A stretch of 64,000 bases of DNA from positions 1,080 through 65,079 of the forward strand of contig JAOZOW010000006.1 of assembly GCA_029933075.1 (NCBI GenBank), read 5' to 3'. The notes beneath the pieces are model-generated. The model saw nothing but the letters and a program-made list of their open reading frames with translations, was not told the DNA's origin and ran no database searches. The translations under genes were made by a program, and so were the position numbers. Numbering within the stretch: position 1 is the first letter of the stretch; each line of letters begins with the position of its first letter. Of this stretch, positions 58,355-64,000 are shown one piece after another. This DNA comes from Deltaproteobacteria bacterium (GTDB taxonomy: Bacteria > Desulfobacterota > DSM-4660 > Desulfatiglandales > Desulfatiglandaceae).

Positions 58355-59851
58355 TTAGATTTTTTCAAGGATTCGCCTTTTCAATTCCCTCTTAAGGATC
58401 TTGCCCGCGCTGCTTCTGGGAAATTCGGATACCTGGATAAACTCCTTGGGCACCTTGTAGGGAGAGAGCGCTGATTTGAGGAAAGCCTTCAGCTCGGCCT
58501 GGTCTAAGGATGTGTTCTCCTTGGGGATGATGACCGCCGTCACCCTTTCACCATATACCATGTCCGGCAGGCCGATCACAGCGCATTCCTGGACCTCCGG
58601 CCGGGTATAGAGGAGCTCCTCGATTTCTCTGGGATAAACATTTTCTCCACCCGTAATGATCATGTCTTTCAGCCGATCCACTATATAGAGGTAACCATTG
58701 TCGTCAAAGAGACCGATATCCCCGCTCCGGAACCACTCACCCCGGAAAGCGGCCTTCGTGTCTTCGGGCCTGTTCAGGTATCCTTTCATGATATTGGGCC
58801 CCCTGATGCAGATCTCCCCTTCGTCGCCGGGGCTCAGCCTGTTTCCCTCCAGGTCCCTGATTTGCACTTCTACGGTATTGACCGGTGTGCCTACTGATCC
58901 GATTATGTGGCGATAATAATGATTGTAGGTGACCATGGAGGCGCTCTCGGTCATGCCGTAAGCCTCATGGATCTCAAGCCCCGTTCGGTTTTTCCACTCG
59001 CGCACCAATTCTGCGGCCATACTGGCTGCAGCAGAGAAGGCATATCTGAGGGACCCCAGCCTTTCTTTCAGATCTTTCTGGGCCAAGAGATGGACATAAA
59101 TGGTGGGTACCCCATAAAATTTGGTCACCCGTTTCCTTTCTATGGCATGGAGGGCCTTTTCAAGGTCAAATGAGGGTTGGAGGATCACCGAACCCCCGCT
59201 GTAGATGGTGGAGTTCACGATGTGGATCTGCGCGAACACATGATTCAAAGGCAGAAAGCACAGGGCGCGGTCGGCAGGGGTTGATCTTTCCTGGTAGGCT
59301 ACGTTATGAATCGATGTCATGAGGTTTTCATGGCTCAGCATGACTCCCTTTGGCTCACCCGTAGTACCTCCTGTATAAAGGATGGCGGCCGTACTTTCTC
59401 TCTCCCTTTCTTTGGCCCTGAAGGCCGGGGTGCCCAACCGCACGAGATCCTCAAAGGAAAGATCTCCGCTCTGGCTCACTATCTTTTCCAGGCCGGGGTA
59501 GCGGTCTCTTTCTCTTAGGTCGTCCAGTTTTTCATCTGCGGTGAAGAGGATTCTCGGTTGAGCATCTTCCATGATCCGGGTCAATTCCTTTTTGGTAAGG
59601 AGATTGGATAGGGTTATTGCAATGGCGCCGGCCTTCAGGGCTCCATAGTAAAAGAAAAGCCAATGGCAGGAGTTGGGCGCACACAGGACCACATGGTCAC
59701 CGGGTCTGACGCCCAGGCTGGTGAGTGCTGCGCCCACACGGCTTGCGGTCTCATTGAATTCCCTGAAACTGACCTCCCGGTCTTCTTCAATGAGGGCAGG
59801 GCGGTCAGGGAAGTAAAAGGCCGTATATTCAAGGTTCCTTGCTATGTTCAT
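58355..59851 (-). CDS. AMP-binding acyl-CoA synthetase (medium/long-chain or aromatic-acid CoA ligase class)
   Basis: LYTGGTTGEPKGVMLSH, YGMTE, GDIG and GRLKD motifs; 498 aa. Confidence 0.88.
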   Translation of the reverse strand: MNIARNLEYTAFYFPDRPALIEEDREVSFREFNETASRVGAALTSLGVRPGDHVVLCAPNSCHWLFFYYGALKAGAIAITLSNLLTKKELTRIMEDAQPRILFTADEKLDDLRERDRYPGLEKIVSQSGDLSFEDLVRLGTPAFRAKERERESTAAILYTGGTTGEPKGVMLSHENLMTSIHNVAYQERSTPADRALCFLPLNHVFAQIHIVNSTIYSGGSVILQPSFDLEKALHAIERKRVTKFYGVPTIYVHLLAQKDLKERLGSLRYAFSAAASMAAELVREWKNRTGLEIHEAYGMTESASMVTYNHYYRHIIGSVGTPVNTVEVQIRDLEGNRLSPGDEGEICIRGPNIMKGYLNRPEDTKAAFRGEWFRSGDIGLFDDNGYLYIVDRLKDMIITGGENVYPREIEELLYTRPEVQECAVIGLPDMVYGERVTAVIIPKENTSLDQAELKAFLKSALSPYKVPKEFIQVSEFPRSSAGKILKRELKRRILEKI

Positions 59852-59933
59852 GCCGTGTCTCCTGCGGGTGACCTGTTTGTCCTACAAATTGATGGGTTTT
59901 GCAAGATGGGGCTTTGCCTTTAAGATCAATCAG

Positions 59934-61280
59934 TCATATATTTTGCGTTTCCTCCTTTCTTCTATCTACGACCCTTTTCGCCTTCCCCTCGTAACGAGGA
60001 AGGGCGAAGGGTTCCTTTATCTCGATTTGTGGGCTTATTCCCGCGCGTGCCTGGATATGGGAGGAGATCTCTTTTTTGATCCTTTTGAGTTCTTCTTCCT
60101 TTTCCCACGAGGCAGGATCGGCTTCTACCATAATAAGAAGGGTTTCCAGGGTGTCCGGAGGTTGATCGATGACGATCTGCCACCCCCCTCCTACCCCCCG
60201 GACCCGGCTCAAGATCTCTTCAATCTGTGAGGGAAAGACCAGGGTCCCCCTGACCTTGAGGACATCATCTGACCTACCGGTTACGTGATGGATTAAAGGA
60301 TGGGCCTCCCTTCCGCAGGCACACCCGTATGGCTCCGATGCCATGCCTGATATGTCCCTTGTCCGCCAGCGAATCAGGGGATTGGATTCCCTTGTGAGCG
60401 TCGTAAAGACCAGCTCCCCCCTTTCGCCGGGCTCAAGCCGTTCCCCTGTTTCCGGGTCAATGACCTCCACAAAATAATGGTCTCCCAGTATGTGAAGCAG
60501 ATTGCTTTTCACTGTATGTGAGCAGCTAAAGGCCACGCAGGCGCCACCTAATTCTGAGAGCCCATAGGTCTCATGATAGAGAAAGCCCGGAGGGAGACTG
60601 GCCTCCAATTTCCTTCGAAATGAGGGGGCGGCCACTTCTCCTCCGAAATCCCCAGTCCTCAAGGCCCAATCTTTGCGAGGATCAATGCCGTGCTTGCACG
60701 CTTCATTGATGAGGTATCCAAGAAAGGTGGGCGTACAGCAGATCACCGTATGCTTCATATCTTTCAGCCACTGGATGGCGGCCATCGTTCTCCCGGGACC
60801 AGCGGGAAAAAGGCTGGCTCCCACCGCCTTTGCCGCCCTTTCCATGCACACCCCGCCCAGAAAGAGCCCATATCCGTAACACTGGTAGACCATGTCTTCT
60901 TTACCTATACCAAAGCTTTTCCAGATTCTTCCCATTTGATTCAGGAGGGTGACGTCCCAGTCTTTTTCGGTAAATCCGATGAGGGTCGGAACCCCTGTGG
61001 TCCCGGAAGACGCAGCAAACCGGTGGATCCGTTCAACGGGGACTCCAAGAAAACCATAAGGATACTGAGCCCGAAGGTCTTTCTTTTCAGTGAAAGGAAC
61101 GATGACCAGGTCATCGGTGGTGCGGATATGTTTTGGCTTGATCCCGTTCTTATCGAACAGTGCCTTATAATAAGGAATAGTATCGTAACACCTTTGCACA
61201 AGGTCTCTGAGTCTTTCGTTTTGCAGAGTCCGAAGGGCCTTCAGGGAAATGGTATCCATCTCTTTATCAAAATATTCCAT
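59934..61280 (-). CDS. Phenylacetate-CoA ligase (PaaK)/F390-synthetase-family adenylating enzyme
   Basis: ASSGTTGVPT motif and PaaK-like length (448 aa). Confidence 0.82.
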   Translation of the reverse strand: MEYFDKEMDTISLKALRTLQNERLRDLVQRCYDTIPYYKALFDKNGIKPKHIRTTDDLVIVPFTEKKDLRAQYPYGFLGVPVERIHRFAASSGTTGVPTLIGFTEKDWDVTLLNQMGRIWKSFGIGKEDMVYQCYGYGLFLGGVCMERAAKAVGASLFPAGPGRTMAAIQWLKDMKHTVICCTPTFLGYLINEACKHGIDPRKDWALRTGDFGGEVAAPSFRRKLEASLPPGFLYHETYGLSELGGACVAFSCSHTVKSNLLHILGDHYFVEVIDPETGERLEPGERGELVFTTLTRESNPLIRWRTRDISGMASEPYGCACGREAHPLIHHVTGRSDDVLKVRGTLVFPSQIEEILSRVRGVGGGWQIVIDQPPDTLETLLIMVEADPASWEKEEELKRIKKEISSHIQARAGISPQIEIKEPFALPRYEGKAKRVVDRRKEETQNI

Positions 61281-61339
61281 TGTGGCTCCTTTCGATTGAA
61301 AACATGAGGAGTCGTGAGTCCATTTGTTCCGACCATGGT

Positions 61340-61732
61340 TCAGTCAAAGAGAGATTCAATGGTATCCAAGATCTCTTGTTTTGTGGTTCCAGGCGTAAAA
61401 ATGGCATCCGCACCTCGGGCTTTCAGGTCCTGCACATCATCTGGAGGTATCACACCTCCCACCACTACTTTGACCTGTTTCATGCCCATCTCATTTAATT
61501 TCCTGATTAATGCATCGGTATAGTAGAGGTGCTCGCCTCCCAGGAAGCTGATCCCTACTGCATCAGCATCTTCTTCGGCAGCAATCTGAGCGATACGCTC
61601 CGGTGTGTTGTACAGCCCTGCGTAGATTATTTCGTAGCCACCCTCCATCAGCCACTTGGCAATGATTCTCAGCCCATTATCGTGGGCGTCTAACCCCATC
61701 TTGCCCACTATCAGTCTTTTCCTTTTGATCAT
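61340..61732 (-). CDS. Acyl-CoA mutase small subunit (cobalamin-binding domain)
   Basis: GLDAHDNG (DxHxxG base-off/His-on motif), ISFLGG and VVVGGVIP motifs; 130 aa. Confidence 0.88.
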   Translation of the reverse strand: MIKRKRLIVGKMGLDAHDNGLRIIAKWLMEGGYEIIYAGLYNTPERIAQIAAEEDADAVGISFLGGEHLYYTDALIRKLNEMGMKQVKVVVGGVIPPDDVQDLKARGADAIFTPGTTKQEILDTIESLFD

Positions 61733-61870
61733 GGTATCACTTCTCCCTGATGAACATAGTCATTCCTATACTTTAACCTATCCGCCATCGCTCTATATGA
61801 GCTTGTAAGATTAGTCTTAATTTCCTCGAACTAAAATGGATCTCAGATCTCTAAAAAGATCAGCTCTCTA

Positions 61871-63493
61871 TCAACTTGGGATTTTAAAATCTGTAGCCCT
61901 TCTTAGGGCATCACATATCTCCTGGAGTGTCGCCCTGGCTTCAACAGCTTTCATAATCGACTCAAAGAGGTTTTCTTCCGGTCTTTGTCGCACCAAATCC
62001 TGCAGATCATGTAAGGCCCTTTTCACCGTTTCAGTATCGCGGTGTTTCTTGTAGTCTTGGGCATAACGAACCCTTTCTTCCTGCATGTCAGAAGAATGCC
62101 TGAAAATGTTAATCTTGACCTGTTCATCCTCCTCCCTGAAGATATTGACGCCTACCACAGGCTGTTGTCCGGTTTCAATCGCTTCAGCCATTTTGTACCG
62201 GGCCTGATTGATTTGTTCTTCCACCCACCCGTCCTTGAAGCATTGAATAAATCCTCCCTTGTCCTCGATAATCTTCATCAGATCCAAGATTTCTTCTTCC
62301 AGTTGGTCAGTGAGCGATTCCACCAAATAGGAGCCTCCAAGCGGATCAACCGAATTCACCACTTTGGTTTCATAGGCAATAATCTGTTGCGTGCGTATGG
62401 AAAGCTTATGGCTCTCCTCGGTAGGCAGGGAATAGGCCTCATCGTATCCTGTGGTGTGGATGGACTGAGTACCGGCCAGGACAGCGGCTAAAGTTTGAAT
62501 GGTAGCCCGCACGATGTTGTTCAAGGGTTGCTGGGCTGTCAAGGGGAGTGCGGATGTCTGAATTGCGGTCCTGAACCACAGACTCCTCTCATTTTTGGCC
62601 CCAAAGGTCTCCCTGAGCATCCGGGCCCAGATCCGCCTCATGGCCCTCAACTTGGCTACCTCTTCGAAAAGATCGATATGGGCGGCGCAGAAAAAAGCCA
62701 TTCGATGGGCAAAGCGGTCCACGTCAAGACCCCGGCCCATCAGTCTTCTGATGTAATCGGCGGCCAGAGAAATGGAAAAAGCCGCTTCCTGAACGGCATC
62801 AACTCCGGTTTCACGCACGTTGTATGCGTTGATATTGACAATGTTCCATCTGGGTACGCGCTGAACAATATACTCCATAACATCCAGGCCGATTTTCACA
62901 GTCAGGTCAATGGGAAAGAATGCGGTTACGGACTCGTATGTGGGTCCCACAAACTGGGTCAGTGCGCAGTTCATGATCGTTCCGATCAGCTTTTCCCATG
63001 GGATTCCCCTCTCCTTTGCCATCAAGAGGTATTGAGACATGATCACAGCGGAGCAGGGCGGTTGAACGATCAGGGTAGAGCTTACTCGGTCGAGGGGGAT
63101 GTCTGCATACAGAGCTTCTATATCCTCGTAGGTACAAAGGGAGGTCCCTTGGAGGCCCACATCGGCCCGGGCCAGAGGATGATCGGGATCCAGGCCCAGT
63201 TTGGTTCCGATATCGGTGTCCATATTGATCCCTGTCTGACCGATTTTGAGAAGATACTTGATCCTTTCGTTGCTCTGCTCCGGTGTGCCGAATCCACTCT
63301 GTTGCCGCCTGGTCCAAAGCCGCCCCCTGTACATGTCCCTGTGAATGCCCCTGGTGAAGGGGTACTGGCCCGGGTCCGGCAGCTCTTTGTCCCAGTCGGA
63401 TTTTCTATAAACCTCTTTGTATGCAAACCCGGATAAGCTATGGAAATGAGGAATTTTTTCGCCGTCGAGATAGATGAAATTTTTTTGATCCAT
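61871..63493 (-). CDS. Methylmalonyl-CoA-mutase-family large (substrate-binding TIM-barrel) subunit, divergent subtype
   Basis: YPFTRGIHRDMYRGRLWTRRQQSGFGT...GINMDTD...GTIMNCALTQF aligns to the MCM motifs YPFTRG...PWTIRQYAGF...GLSVAFD...TIQNDILKEF, with substitutions at substrate-contact positions. Confidence 0.85.
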   Translation of the reverse strand: MDQKNFIYLDGEKIPHFHSLSGFAYKEVYRKSDWDKELPDPGQYPFTRGIHRDMYRGRLWTRRQQSGFGTPEQSNERIKYLLKIGQTGINMDTDIGTKLGLDPDHPLARADVGLQGTSLCTYEDIEALYADIPLDRVSSTLIVQPPCSAVIMSQYLLMAKERGIPWEKLIGTIMNCALTQFVGPTYESVTAFFPIDLTVKIGLDVMEYIVQRVPRWNIVNINAYNVRETGVDAVQEAAFSISLAADYIRRLMGRGLDVDRFAHRMAFFCAAHIDLFEEVAKLRAMRRIWARMLRETFGAKNERSLWFRTAIQTSALPLTAQQPLNNIVRATIQTLAAVLAGTQSIHTTGYDEAYSLPTEESHKLSIRTQQIIAYETKVVNSVDPLGGSYLVESLTDQLEEEILDLMKIIEDKGGFIQCFKDGWVEEQINQARYKMAEAIETGQQPVVGVNIFREEDEQVKINIFRHSSDMQEERVRYAQDYKKHRDTETVKRALHDLQDLVRQRPEENLFESIMKAVEARATLQEICDALRRATDFKIPS

Positions 63494-63526
63494 ACTTATT
63501 CCCCCTAAATGTGTCCGGAAATGTAT

Positions 63527-64000
63527 TCACCCAGCCAATCTCCTGCTTTGCGTCATTTTAAACTCGTTAAAGCCTGTCAGAAATATGTCATGAATAATTT
63601 CAGAGAGTTCGCGAGGCGTGACCGTTCCCTTAGGGTCATACCAGGAATAGATCCAGTTACACATTCCAAAAAGGGTGAACGTTATTGCGGTCAGCTGTGC
63701 CTTTGGAATCGAATCGCGAGCGAGCTCTTTTAGGATTCCAACCACAATTTGATAATATTCTCGTTCCTTTTCAGCGATACTGCTGAAGTATTTGGCCGGA
63801 AGGCAATGGGCGTCATGAAGCAAGACCTTGGCCTGATGCAGATTTTTTGAGTAGAGTTCAATATGTCGTGAGATAACGAATTTGAGCTTGTCTCCACTAT
63901 CCTCAATTTGCGATAGGCTTTGCTCCAGGTCTTCCAAAACCAAATCCATGTAAGTGGATAGCACAAAAAAAAGGACTTCGGTTTTACTCGGAAAATAATA
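63527..64000 (-). CDS. TetR-family regulator, 5' end beyond the right edge
   Basis: The frame stays open to the window edge (YYFPSKTEVLFFVLSTYMDLVLEDLE...), which is the typical end of a TetR HTH domain. The stop lies 33 nt before the mutase start. Confidence 0.75.
   Translation of the reverse strand, partial: YYFPSKTEVLFFVLSTYMDLVLEDLEQSLSQIEDSGDKLKFVISRHIELYSKNLHQAKVLLHDAHCLPAKYFSSIAEKEREYYQIVVGILKELARDSIPKAQLTAITFTLFGMCNWIYSWYDPKGTVTPRELSEIIHDIFLTGFNEFKMTQSRRLAG

Noticed and set aside
62495-63436. 313-aa plus-strand ORF
   Set aside because: It is antisense to the mutase large subunit; a shadow ORF.

Overview
64-kb chromosomal window from an anaerobic, selenoprotein-rich bacterium. Gene content (dsrMKJOP, cytochrome c3, periplasmic hydrogenase and formate dehydrogenase, Hdr/Flx, Etf, acyl-CoA chemistry) suggests a sulfate-reducing or syntrophic member of the Desulfobacterota; that taxon is inference. 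I call about 55 protein genes and recognise no rRNA, tRNA, CRISPR array, transposase or integrase. Layout: (1) 0.5-10 kb housekeeping genes: nitroreductase, purA, mnmG, an RND efflux pair, trmO. (2) 10-27.6 kb periplasm-to-cytoplasm redox island: RsbRD_N-like protein, dsrMKJOP, ferredoxin, tetraheme cytochrome c3, hypC, hydrogenase protease, periplasmic NiFe hydrogenase, a B12-radical SAM enzyme, fdhE and Sec-containing fdhBA. (3) 28-39 kb cluster of 10 co-oriented redox genes: Sec-containing HdrA N-terminal fragment, NuoE-like, NuoF-like, a 1077-aa 2Fe2S/HdrA/HdrA fusion, Sec-MvhD, three Flx/sulfhydrogenase-like subunits, HdrC and HdrB. (4) 39.6-44.4 kb orphan gene for a 1589-aa protein. (5) 44.4-51.3 kb Liv-type ABC operon with an embedded acyl-CoA synthetase. 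(6) 51.6-64 kb fatty/organic-acid module: FadR-like TetR, etfBA, TRAP transporter, two CoA ligases, a divergent B12 acyl-CoA mutase and a second TetR. The ORF track splits four genes at in-frame TGA codons, five TGAs in total. Each TGA replaces a conserved redox or metal-ligand cysteine and is followed by a small GG-loop hairpin, so I read them as selenocysteine. The most unusual observations are: a NiFe hydrogenase large subunit in which both Cys of the N-terminal RxCGxC nickel motif are UGA while the C-terminal motif keeps Cys; an hdrA gene split inside its inserted ferredoxin domain by nuoE/nuoF; the composite NuoEF-Hdr-Flx cluster; the giant orphan protein; and the acyl-CoA mutase with non-canonical substrate-pocket residues. 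All homology statements rest on motif recognition by eye and no database search was run.
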